Source: Octopus sinensis (taxonomy: Eukaryota). Taken from it: a stretch of 19,433 nucleotides of DNA. Where the stretch lies: contig NW_021824252.1 of NCBI RefSeq assembly GCF_006345805.1, forward strand, positions 1-19,433, read 5' to 3'. A program made the position numbers and the translations under genes. The notes under the pieces are model-generated. The model was not told the origin of the DNA and made no database searches. It worked only from the letters and a program-made list of their open reading frames with translations. Shown one piece after another: positions 9,343 to 19,433 of the stretch (within the stretch, counting starts at the first letter, position 1; each line of letters begins with the position of its first letter).

Positions 9343-10087
9343 CATAATATAATATAAATAATATATATATGCATATATACATATGTATATGTACATACAT
9401 CTATTTGTATATATATATGCATATGTGGACACAGGACGTCACGAAGCGTGTACAACCAAAAGTACGAAGCACGAGTACATGGAACATGAACTATTCTTTC
9501 GAACAACGAAAGACACAAATGGAAAACAAAACAAACAACATAAAGAACGACCCTTCATATGTTGTTGGCTGTTTTTTTTAGTCTCGTATTTCGAGCATTT
9601 AACAAAAATATACGCTTTCGATAAAACAGTTTCTCCAGCAAAGCAAATTAAATAAAATTTGGGATTTTGTGGAGAGTCAAAATTGGTAACACAAACAGGA
9701 CAGTGAAAACAAACAGGAAAAGTTGCTAAGCCTAAACGAGGTTCTGGTGGTGAACGTGTAAATCAAGTTTAGACAGGACACAAACAAGAACACGTCTTCC
9801 TTGTTCCAGCTATAACAAAGAGAAAGATGGTCGATGGTCACGTAGGAGCCACGTGAGCAAGAGAAGAGGAGTGAGGGGGAGAGAGTGTGGGAGAAGAGGA
9901 GGTAAAAGAATAAGAGAGAGAAAGAGAGAAAAACGAAAGAGTAAAAAGATCGTATAGAGTGTGCATCAGAATTAAGATAAAACTTACTTGGAAGCGGATG
10001 CGTGGCGTTCAGTCATATAATAATCATACAATAATATAAATAATATTTGTATTTATATATATATATGCATATGCAATACGTATATGT

Positions 10088-10108
10088 ACATACTTACATC
10101 TATTCGAA

Positions 10109-10199
<91 letters not shown>
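10088..10199. repeat. Long near-perfect (TA)n
   Basis: Directly visible; further (TA)n tracts at 10399-10599 and 10757-10825. Confidence 0.97.
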
Positions 10200-10202
<3 letters not shown>

Positions 10203-10398
10203 GGTCCCGGGTTGATTCGGGTTTAACCACAGTAAATAAGGTACTCAATACATAGCAGAGTAAAATTAATTTATTATATAGAAGGAGCTTCTACAGGACT
10301 AGAACTGTTTCATTCAAGAGAAATCTTCAGGAAGCCCTGAAGATTTCTCTTGAATGAAACAGTTCTAGTCCTGTAGAAGCTCCTTCTATATAATAAAT
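10200..10398 (-). mobile_element. Short fold-back element with perfect 63-bp arms (10269-10331 / 10336-10398) and a hammerhead; Penelope pLTR-like
   Basis: Arms are exact reverse complements, loop AAGC. On the minus strand the hammerhead is followed by AATAAA (10270-10275) and a ~70-bp tail running into (TA)n. Confidence 0.85.
10285..10337 (-). ncRNA. Complete type I hammerhead ribozyme
   Basis: Minus strand: GGGCTTC CTGAAGA TTTC TCTT GAAT GAAACAG TTCTAGTC CTGTA GAAGCTC. Stem I is 7 bp (one GU), stem II TTC/GAA (U.U at its base), stem III ACAG/CTGT, GUA cleavage site between 10292 and 10291. Confidence 0.85.
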
Positions 10399-10490
10399 AT
10401 ATATATATATATATATATAATATATATATATATATAAATATATCTATTTCTTTTATTCTTTTATATATATATATATATATATTTCTTTAT

Positions 10491-10569
<79 letters not shown>

Positions 10570-10601
10570 TCTATATTAATATATATATATATATATATAG
10601 A

Positions 10602-10752
10602 TAAAGTAGATGTAACATTTTCAGGCTTCCAGTGACAATGGCCACAGGCCATAATGCTCCATTTAACCATTTCTGATGCTACTGGATTTTAATCTCCAAC
10701 TCTGGCATGAAACCGTTTCGTAATTTAGCTATTGTCATGCTCCATGAACTCG

Positions 10753-10826
<74 letters not shown>

Positions 10827-10977
10827 TACGAGTCAGGGAGCATGACAATAGCTAAATTACGAAAAGTTTCATGCCAGAGTTGGAGATTAAATCCAGTAGC
10901 CATCAGAAATGGTTAAATGGAGCATTATGGCCTGTGGCCATTGTCACTGGAAGCCTGAAAATGTTACATCTACTTTA
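10602..10977. repeat. ~153-bp inverted repeat (10602-10755 / 10826-10977) with a (TA)n spacer; right copy continues as unique sequence to ~11220
   Basis: TAAAGTAGATGTAACATTTTCAGG...CTCGTAA versus TTACGAG...CCTGAAAATGTTACATCTACTTTA, with a few indels and substitutions. Confidence 0.92.
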
Positions 10978-11624
10978 CGGATCTTAGGGCCTGAAGTGAA
11001 AAATAGGAATGGAGTTCATGAAAGAGTTCACCCAGATTAAAACCAAAGAAAACGGATATTTAGTTCATCGGAGTTATACCACTTGGATTGGGACCTCCAC
11101 CCAATGTCCGCCACAGTATATACGATATTTATTTGTAGGGTAGAGATAAGGCAAAGGCGTGGTGGAGATAGAGATGTTGGGGGTTTGTGAGGATGGGAAA
11201 AGTATGGAAAAGTCAATTTTAAAAGCATGTATGGTCTTGTACATGTGTGTGCGTGTGTATGGGTTCACATGTATCCGAGTCAAATGTGGTGGCAACAAAC
11301 TTAATGTTAATTCTTCACATTGCTTTGTTTACGTCTTCGGTTTCGGCAAATGTCCCCGTGGAGGAAATGCCAGACTCAAAAACCAAAACCAAAAAAGAAA
11401 AATGAAAGAAATACTGTGGTTGATCTGTTCGTGTAAAATTGGGAGAAAACTCCGATGGGGAGAAGAAGCAACGTTTATATTTATGGTGCAGCTGGTTCAG
11501 TTTGCAGAGGAATCAGCCAGTCAGTCAATCAATCAATCAATCAGCTAGATTTGTCAGTCATCGTTTCAAAACATTTGGGTGATTGATTGAATGACCGAAC
11601 GATTATTCAAGCAATCCATTAATT

Positions 11625-11711
11625 AATAATGGTTTCAAATATTTAGTGTTTCACTTGTACTTAATTTATCGACCTCGAAAGGATGAAAAGCGGAGTCGAC
11701 CTCGGCGGAAT
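11625..11711 (-). mobile_element. SINE family B 3'/core fragment
   Basis: ATAATGGTTTCAAAT..GTACTTAATTTATCGACCTCGAAAGGATGAAAAGC..GTCGACCTCGGCGGAAT. Confidence 0.8.
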
Positions 11712-11733
11712 ATATAGTTATTTGCCTTACAAA

Positions 11734-11762
11734 CCCGAGCAACGCCGGGCGATACTGCTAGT
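11734..11762 (+). mobile_element. Helitron-type 3' terminus (isolated)
   Basis: GC hairpin CCCGAGCAACGCCGGG (11734-11749), 8-nt spacer, CTAG (11758-11761) followed by T. Confidence 0.65.
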
Positions 11763-12031
11763 ATATTATAAGTACACACATATATGTATAGATACAAACA
11801 ATTCTCCCAGAAATATACAACCAAACGTGTGTGTGCATGTGTGTGTGTGTGTGTGTGTAATTCATTGTTTTGATATCCACTGTCCATTTTTTAAAAAGAT
11901 AGTAGGATGTGATGAGGTAGGTTTGAGTATTATTTCTAACGGGTTAGGACACTTAAGAGACTATACCTCGTCAGATGTGTATGCGTGTGTATGGCGCGGT
12001 CGCTGTTTTTTCATTTGTTGTTATTTTATAT

Positions 12032-12033
<2 letters not shown>

Positions 12034-12093
<60 letters not shown>

Positions 12094-12122
12094 TTCTATG
12101 TGTGTGTGTGTGTGTGTGTGTG
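12034..12122. repeat. (CT)n followed by (GT)n microsatellite
   Basis: Directly visible. Confidence 0.95.
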
Positions 12123-12419
12123 ACCTATTAGCTGCTGTCATTTGACACGTTCATCTGAAACAAACATCTTTGAAGACGCTGTCTTTAATAGATAAAATTA
12201 ATGGCAAACAATGAGAACGTAAATCTTATGTTCAAAACATTATCTACAACAACAACAACAATAACAACGACAACAACAAAACACACACACACACTTAAAA
12301 GTAATATCAGTAACCGTACACAAACAACACAACCAACCACCACCACACCCACCAACGACAACAAAGATTAAAGATAAACAATATAACATATTTTTTTCTC
12401 TCACTCTTAATACAAACTC

Positions 12420-12875
12420 ACGCACGCGCCACACACATAATATGCATATATATATACATATACATATATAGATATATTATTTATATAATATATATATTAT
12501 ATATATATATATATACTTATATATACACACATCTAAAATAGATGTGTGAATAAGTGTGTATATCTGTATACATGTATATGCATATATATGAATACTATCA
12601 ATATATATATGTACAATATATATATGTATGTATATATATCTATATATTTATACATTTGTATTATGTAGGTATATGTATGTATATGTGTGTGTGTGTGTGT
12701 GTATGGGTGTTGGTGATTATGCTAATTTTCATATCATATCTTTATCTCAAAAATTGAAGTGGTCTTGGGTGTGTGTATATATATATATAATATATATATA
12801 TATATCATTTACATATACTTGTGTGTGTGTGTGTGATGTATATATATATCATTTACATATGTGTGTGTGTGTATA
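12420..12875. repeat. Degenerate TA/TG low-complexity region
   Basis: Directly visible. Confidence 0.85.
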
Positions 12876-13015
12876 CAATTATTGCCGTATAAGATAGATA
12901 ATCAGTTGCATGGGCAGACATGTTAATATCACTGCGAATGGATGAGATAAGAGATTGGAATGACAATACATATATGTAAATAGATAAGGTGGAGGGAAGA
13001 TGACAGAAGGAAAGG

Positions 13016-13019
<4 letters not shown>

Positions 13020-13087
<68 letters not shown>

Positions 13088-13460
13088 TAAAGTCAGACAA
13101 GTTAGACATGAAGAAATATAGAAGAAAGAAAGAAAGAAAGGAAGAAAGGAAGAAAGAAAGAAAGAAAGAGAAAATGGAACAAAGAAGAAAGAGAGAAAAA
13201 GGAAGGAAGGAAGGAAGAAGGAAGAAAAGAAGAGAAAATTAAACAAAGAGGAAGGAGAGAAAAAGGAAGGGAGGAAGGAAGGAAAGAAAGAAAGAAAGAA
13301 AGAAAGAGAAAATGGAACAAAGAGGAAGGAGAGAAAAAGGAAGGAAGTAAGAAAGGAAGGAAAAAAAGAAAGAAAGAAAGAAAGAAAGAGAAAATGGAAC
13401 AAAGTGGAAGGAGAGAAAAGGAAGGAAAGAAAGAAGGAAGGAAGGAAGGAAGGAAGGAAA
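13020..13460. repeat. Polypurine tract: (GA)n then a GAAA/GGAA minisatellite with a ~70-80-bp higher-order unit
   Basis: Anchor GAGAAAATGGAACAAAG recurs at ~13168, ~13306 and ~13388, with a variant at ~13232. Confidence 0.9.
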
Positions 13461-13609
13461 GCCAGTTCCTGTTATTTGTATTATTTCAACGTTTCGAAGA
13501 TGATAATGATGATGATGATGGTGTTGATGGTAAAGTAGAAAGAACGGGAGGAAGAAGGCTTAAAGGTGGATCGAAGAGGAGAAATAGGGAAAAGAAATAG
13601 ATGAGAAAA

Positions 13610-13715
13610 GGGGGGAGGAAGGGAGGAGGAGGAGGAGGAGGAGAAGAAGAAGAAGAAGAAGAAGAAGAAGAAGAAGAAGAAGAAGAAGAGAAGAAAAAGA
13701 AGAAGAGAAGAGATG
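13610..13715. repeat. (GGA)n then (GAA)n trinucleotide repeat
   Basis: Directly visible. Confidence 0.95.
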
Positions 13716-14239
13716 ATAAAAAAGCGCGATATGTTGGCGCATTTCATTACATATATCTGCATACGCGCCTGTGCGCGTGTGTTTTTGTATGTATGCATAT
13801 ATGTATGTATGAATGTATGTATGCATATATGTATGTATGTATGAATGTTTGTATGTATGCATGCATGAGAACAGCCCGCTGCAATGTGGTAAAGTACAGC
13901 TATCTAATTGCCTATTATCCCATTTAGTTGTTCTACAAAGTTACAAACCTATATTAAGATGTCTACTCGAAATGTCTTTTTCTGTCCTAAACTCACCGTT
14001 GTATATGACAACAAATTATTTCCTTATTTCATTTGCCAAAATGTCTTTTTGGTTAACTCCGTCAACAATAATATAATGATTGGTTTAATAATAATATAAT
14101 GATAGCGTCTCCAAAACTGACTTATTTCGATTCAGTGCTACACACATTTCTGATTAAATATATTTGACTTCGCTTTAATTGTTGCTGAAAAATGAAAGCA
14201 TAAAAACTGATTACTTGTCACATTTATGAAGAAACGCAG

Positions 14240-14549
14240 ATTAAGAAATTCGCTTTGAAACCACATGGTTTCAACTTCAGTTTCACTGCGCGGAACCTAA
14301 TGCAAGTTTACTATAGCCTCAGGCCTAGTAATGCCTCATGAGTTTGGTAGAGGAAAACTGAAAGAAGTCTGTTGTATAAATAAATATGTACACACACACA
14401 CGACGGGCTTCTTTCAGTTTCTGTCTACCAAATCAACTCACAAGGTTTTGGTCGGCCCGAGGTTATAGTAGAAGACAAGGTACCACGCAGTGGGACTGAA
14501 CCCGGAACCATGTGGCTGGGAAGCAATATTCTTACCTCACAGCCACGCG
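14240..14549. mobile_element. Two convergent 5' halves of SINE family A (+ strand ~14240-14376, degenerate; - strand 14400-14549)
   Basis: AACCACATGGTT..CTATAGCCTCAGGCC..AACTGAAAGAAGTCTGT versus CGACGGGCTTCTTTCAGTTT..GTGGGACTGAACCCGGAACCATGTGG. Confidence 0.8.
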
Positions 14550-14765
14550 ATATATATATATATACATATATATATTCATATATATATATACATATATATA
14601 TATATTCATATATATATACGTAAATATAAGAGAGTTACCGTTAAGTGGTTAACTCTAGTGCTACAAATAGCTCCTTATTCTAGTATAGCCACCGAAGTTG
14701 TTTCCACAAAAGAAATAACATTACCTTCAACGTAAGGAAAGCGAAATACAACGAAAAGATAGATT

Positions 14766-14843
14766 AATGCTGAACAATTGTTTCTTTATTAATATAATAT
14801 GCAATTATACTCACATATTTATCTATAAGTCATCTGTAGCATT
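14766..14843 (-). ncRNA. Variant type I hammerhead-like motif, copy 1
   Basis: Minus strand: AATGCTA CAGATGA CTTAT..AATATG..CATATT..ATAAA GAAAC AATT GTT CAGCATT. Stem I AATGCT/AGCATT, palindromic stem III ACAATTGT. The core reads CAGAUGA rather than CUGAUGA. Confidence 0.55.
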
Positions 14844-15244
14844 TGTCCTCGATACAATTTATCAGACCCTCACGGGCGATAAATACCCATGCGGTCTGAT
14901 CGATTGCATACATAGTTGTGATTTAGCCTCTCCGCCAAAAGCATGCTAAGACTTAGTGGAAGCTAATACTGCATATAATATTTACTGCAGCATATTAAAT
15001 TTATAAATTCATAAATGAGGTTGAAAAATTTAATAATACCATCAGTTTAACACTAAGTGGCCTAGCACATAAAAACCAGGGAGACAGTACAAATTTATAC
15101 GTAAATATAAGAGAGTTACCGTTAAGTGGTTAACTCTAGTGCTAGAAATAGCTCCTTATTCTGGTATAGCCACCGAAGTTGTTTCCACAAAAGAAATAAC
15201 ATTACCTTCAACGTAAGGAAAGCGATACAACGAAAAGATAGATT

Positions 15245-15322
15245 AATGCCGAACAATTGTTTCTTTATTAATATAATATGCAATTATACTCACATATTTA
15301 TCTATAAGTCATCTGTAGCATT
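15245..15322 (-). ncRNA. Variant type I hammerhead-like motif, copy 2
   Basis: As copy 1, but the stem I 3' strand is CGGCATT (U-A to U.G, pairing preserved). Confidence 0.55.
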
Positions 15323-15419
15323 TGTCCTCGATACAATTTATCAGACCCTCACGGGCGATAAATACCCATGCGGTCTGATATGTATGTATGTATGTATGTA
15401 TATATATATATCTATATAT

Positions 15420-15489
<70 letters not shown>

Positions 15490-15682
15490 CGCGTGCACAC
15501 ACACACACACACCACAAAAATATAATCAAACGAGAAACAAACGATTCCTTCAAAGGGATGTGAAACATCCAATCCACTAGTACAACAGTTAAAAGGGTAT
15601 AATTATAATATCAAATGAAATAAAGAAATACAATTGACAAATTAAAAACTTATTTACATTATAATATAATATACTATAAAAA

Positions 15683-16100
15683 GGCGTAGGAGTGGCTGTG
15701 TAGTAAGTAGCTTGCTTACGAACCACATGGTTCCGGGTTCAGTCCCACTGCGTGGCACCTTGGGCAAGTGTCTTCTACTATAGCCTCGGGCCGACCAAAG
15801 CCTTGTGAGTGGATTTGGTAGACGGAAACTGAAAGAAGCCCGTCGTATATATGTATATATATATACGTGTGTGTGTTTGTGTGTCTGAGTTTGTCCCCCT
15901 AACATTGCTTGACAACCGATGCTGGTGTGTTTACGTCCCCGTAACTTAGCGGTTCGGCAAAAAGAGACCGATAGAATAAGTACTGGGCTTACAAAAGAAT
16001 AAGTCCCGGGGTCGAGTTGCTCGATTAAAAAAAAAAGGCGGTGCTCCAGCATGGCCGCAGACAAATGACTGAAACAAGTAAAAGAGTAAAAGATTAAAGA
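15683..16100 (+). mobile_element. Full-length, young-looking SINE family A
   Basis: GGCGTAGGAGTGGCTGTG..GGTTCAGTCCC..CCTTGGGCAAGTG..GACTGAAACAAGTAAAAGAGTAAAAGA; highly similar to 1176-1603. Confidence 0.92.
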
Positions 16101-16174
16101 GTATGTACCCTTCCCCATTTTTCCACTCCATTTTTCATCGATCTTATTTTATTATATTCTATTTCATTTCTGTA

Positions 16175-16862
16175 TACACGCACACATACTTACACACACA
16201 CATACATATACGCACACACGCACACACATGAACGCACATATACCTCCCCCACACACATACGCACAACACACATACATGCACATACATACACACACATACA
16301 TGCACACACACATACGTACACGCGCACATGAACGCACATATACCTCCATACACAACCCCACGCACACACTCACATATACACACGCTCATACACACACACA
16401 CACATACATACGCATACTTACACGCACACGCACACACATGAATGCATATATGCCTCACATATACCTCCCAGAAACACCACACACACACACACACACACAC
16501 GCACATACAAGCACACACACAAAACATACATACACGCGCGCGCACACACACACACATATACACACGCACACATATACACACACGCACATGCACGCATGCA
16601 CACACACACACGCACAGGAATGCATACCTAACACACAGAACCCCACGCACACACACATACACGTACACACACACGCGCGCACATGTACACACAACTAGAC
16701 GCACATACATACACACACGCACACACACAAACGCACGCACATACACGCAGAAGAACTCACATATACCTCCACACACACTACCCCCACACAATCCCCCCCA
16801 CACACAGACGCACATACGCTCACATACGCACACACACTCACATATGCACACACACATATGCA
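16175..16862. repeat. CA-rich degenerate minisatellite with a recurring CATGAACGCACATATACCTCC anchor
   Basis: Anchor or variants at ~16227, 16327, 16437, 16617 and 16752. Confidence 0.88.
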
Positions 16863-17647
16863 CTTACATATTTTCTGGAATACCTATGTATTGAATTTCA
16901 TCAAATTTGCAGATGAGGGTTATTTCCCTCTTTACACAGCGAAACAAAATTATAATCGTGCCACATGTATCCCATACTACTGATTTTCTGAATTTCTTTG
17001 AAATAAGAAATATATGTTCACTGGGTTTGTAAAAGAGAGCAAAGCTACAGGAAACCAAAAGACGAATGATCACAATAAGCAGTCAGCTACAGTACCCTAG
17101 TCGTTACCTCTCCCAATGTAGTATTCCTCATTATGCAGGTGACAGGCACAGCCGTAAGATGCATTACGAATCTATAGCAATTGGACGGGCGTGACCCAAC
17201 TGAAATAAACATTAGCAACTGTGTGACGTGAGGGCTAAGGAGAAATGAAAGTTGGAGTTTGAAAATGACCACTATACTGATACGTAACTGGACAGAATAA
17301 ATATACAATCTATAAATGTCTTTAGATAACCAGTCACTCATCTGGGAAGGCCTTGAAATCAATGCTACCGTGTGTGGGCTACGTGTGACCCAGTGATAAT
17401 GAAAAGACTAAAAGGAGATCTGCAATCAAATAACTTTACTCAACACTTTGCAACTGAAACAGTGGAAGCAAAGATACCTCTCATTTACTTGACAATTTAT
17501 GCAGCACATTGCAGAAATCACAATCTAAGTGTATGTCAAAGCAAACTCTAACACTGTTGTACCATTGAATTACAAATAATGCTCATATTCTATGCTCGGA
17601 TGACCCCCACAGCTTCCAAGAGTACAACTATTCGTCTTTGCTTAGAT

Positions 17648-18290
17648 AAAATGACAAAATTGTTGGTGTTAAGTCCCCATGAAGGGATCTTTCTAACTTG
17701 TAAGAAAATGAAATTTTATAAATATTACTTCATTTGTATCTAATATCTATGGTTAAAATTTCATCAACAGCAAAAATATATGAATTGTCATGGGGGTTGT
17801 GGCCCTTATGCATAGAATATGATTTCCAAATTTCGTAAAGATCCATTCAGTACTTTTGACTTAGTTTTGGATCATAAAAGAAATGACTAAAATTTGGGAG
17901 TTAAGGCCCCCATCAGGGTGTCTTAGAATCCTCATGTGAAGTGGTAATTTTGAGAATACTTCTTGATGTGTGTCAATTACCCATGGTTGAAATTTCATCA
18001 ACATCGAAAATTTATGAATTTTCATGGGGGGTTCTGCCCCCTTTAAGCTATCTGGAATTCAAACCAAACCTATTGCATTATACCCGTCCTTATGCATTGA
18101 ATCTAAGTTTCAAATATCATAAGGATCCATTCAGTAATTTTGGTCCATAAAATTGTATGAAATACACAGCATTACCCTTCTTCTTGGGTTTCGATTTTGT
18201 GTTCCAAATTTCATTATGATCGGTGCAGCAGTTTTCGAATGTATAAGTAATACACGAACACATAAAAACATTGTCTTTGATATAATAAAT
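17648..18290 (-). mobile_element. Old non-autonomous Helitron/Helentron-like element: 5' region plus ~235-bp internal tandem repeats
   Basis: Minus strand near 18290 reads TTATATCAAAG..TGTGTTCGTGT..AAAACTGCTGCACCGATCATAATGAAATTTGG, resembling Lep1-type Helitron 5' regions. Diverged tandem units start at ~17648 and ~17881. No clear 3' CTAG end found. Confidence 0.5.
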
Positions 18291-18299
18291 GTGAATGTA

Positions 18300-18306
18300 C
18301 ACATAT

Positions 18307-18394
<88 letters not shown>

Positions 18395-18473
18395 ATATAT
18401 TATGTATATATGTATATATATTGTATATATATATATATGTTATGTATATATATATATATGTATTATATATATC

Positions 18474-18550
<77 letters not shown>
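18300..18550. repeat. (TA)n-rich tract; also (TA)n/(TG)n at 18815-18984
   Basis: Directly visible. Confidence 0.95.
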
Positions 18551-18552
<2 letters not shown>

Positions 18553-18627
18553 CACAAAGATAAATTGATTGATACAACTGAGTGGGCAACAAAATATGTG
18601 ACACAGCGTAGTGCTTTTTTTATGTTG

Positions 18628-18985
<358 letters not shown>

Positions 18986-19054
18986 CACACAAAAGATAAA
19001 TTGTGTGGGCAAACAAAAATATGAGATACTGCCTAGTGTCTTTTTTTATTTTGA

Positions 19055-19358
19055 TAAGCCTGGTACTTATTCTATCAGTTTCTTCTTGTGAAACCAGTAA
19101 GTTATGAGGATGTAAATAAACGAACAGCAGTTGTGAGGCAGTGATGAGAGAGAAACACAAAGATACATACACAGACTTACATATATACATACATATATAT
19201 ACGATTGATTTCTTTCCGTTTCTGTCTACAAAATCCACTGACAAGGCTTGGTTGGTCTGAGGCTATAGCAGAAGACACATGCCAAGTCACCACACAGTGG
19301 GACTGAACACAGCACCGTGTGTTTTGGAATGAAGTTTGTTACAGCCACACTTGTACCT
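19055..19358 (-). mobile_element. Diverged SINE family A lacking its 3' tail
   Basis: GTTTCTGTCTAC..GAGGCTATAGCAGAAGACAC..AGTGGGACTGAAC..ACAGCCACAC. Confidence 0.82.
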
Positions 19359-19433
19359 ATGTATGTGTGTATGGGTGTATATATGTATGCATGTATAAAT
19401 GTAATATATATGTGTACATATTACATGTACATC

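Larger units (their letters stand above)
14615..15379 (-). mobile_element. Partial tandem (1.6-mer of a ~480-bp unit; ~285-bp direct repeats around 195 bp) with a hammerhead-like motif per repeat; retrozyme/pLTR-like
   Basis: 14615-14900 versus 15096-15379 differ by 3 substitutions and one 2-bp indel. Bounded by TA-rich microsatellites on both sides. No TG..CA ends and no credible ORF. Confidence 0.75.

Noticed and set aside
9430-10030. Possible further Penelope-like UTR between TA-rich tracts (minus strand CATATGAAGGG resembling CTGATGAAGGG at ~9551-9561)
   Set aside because: No matching CCCT-GAAA half or stem I partner found; cannot be supported without a database search
10664-10730. Possible hammerhead CTGATG(G)...GAAAC...GTA in the third inverted repeat
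   Set aside because: Core lacks the conserved A of CUGANGA, stem II is not flush with the core, and stem I does not pair
11305-11412. Minus-strand pyrimidine tract followed by a short open frame (SGISSTGTFAETEDVNKAM*)
   Set aside because: Atypical GAG acceptor, too short, no homology recognisable
13601-13927. Poly-G/E/K ORF
   Set aside because: Translation of (GGA)n(GAA)n and (TATG)n microsatellites
14767-15431. Duplicated short ORFs (NNCFFINIICNY...), and an LTR/TRIM interpretation
   Set aside because: The ORFs are antisense read-through of the direct repeat. The repeats lack TG..CA ends, and no PBS, PPT or TSD was found.
16159-16916. Long Cys/Val and His/Thr ORFs (up to 234 aa)
   Set aside because: CA/TG repeats lack stop codons; not evidence of coding

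Overview
AT-rich, microsatellite-laden, non-coding eukaryotic DNA. The SINE families resemble those of Octopus (coleoid cephalopod); this is recognition from memory, not a database result. No intact host gene is supportable, and nearly all listed ORFs are simple-repeat or repeat read-through. Recognisable content: a 5'-truncated Tx1/L1-type LINE RT fragment (1-304), a decayed Chapaev3-like DNA transposon with TTA TSDs (4537-6156), many tRNA-derived SINE copies from about 4 modular families, a hAT-like MITE with nested insertions, and Helitron-like ends. The most interesting signal is three sequence-unrelated non-coding elements inserted in (TA)n tracts that each carry type I hammerhead ribozyme folds. 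Two are fold-back palindromes (7968-8416, 10200-10398) and one is a 1.6-mer direct repeat of a ~480-bp unit with one variant hammerhead per unit (14615-15379). They look like Penelope-pLTR-derived or retrozyme-like, microsatellite-associated self-cleaving retroelements. A fourth TA-embedded inverted repeat (10602-10977) has no convincing ribozyme.
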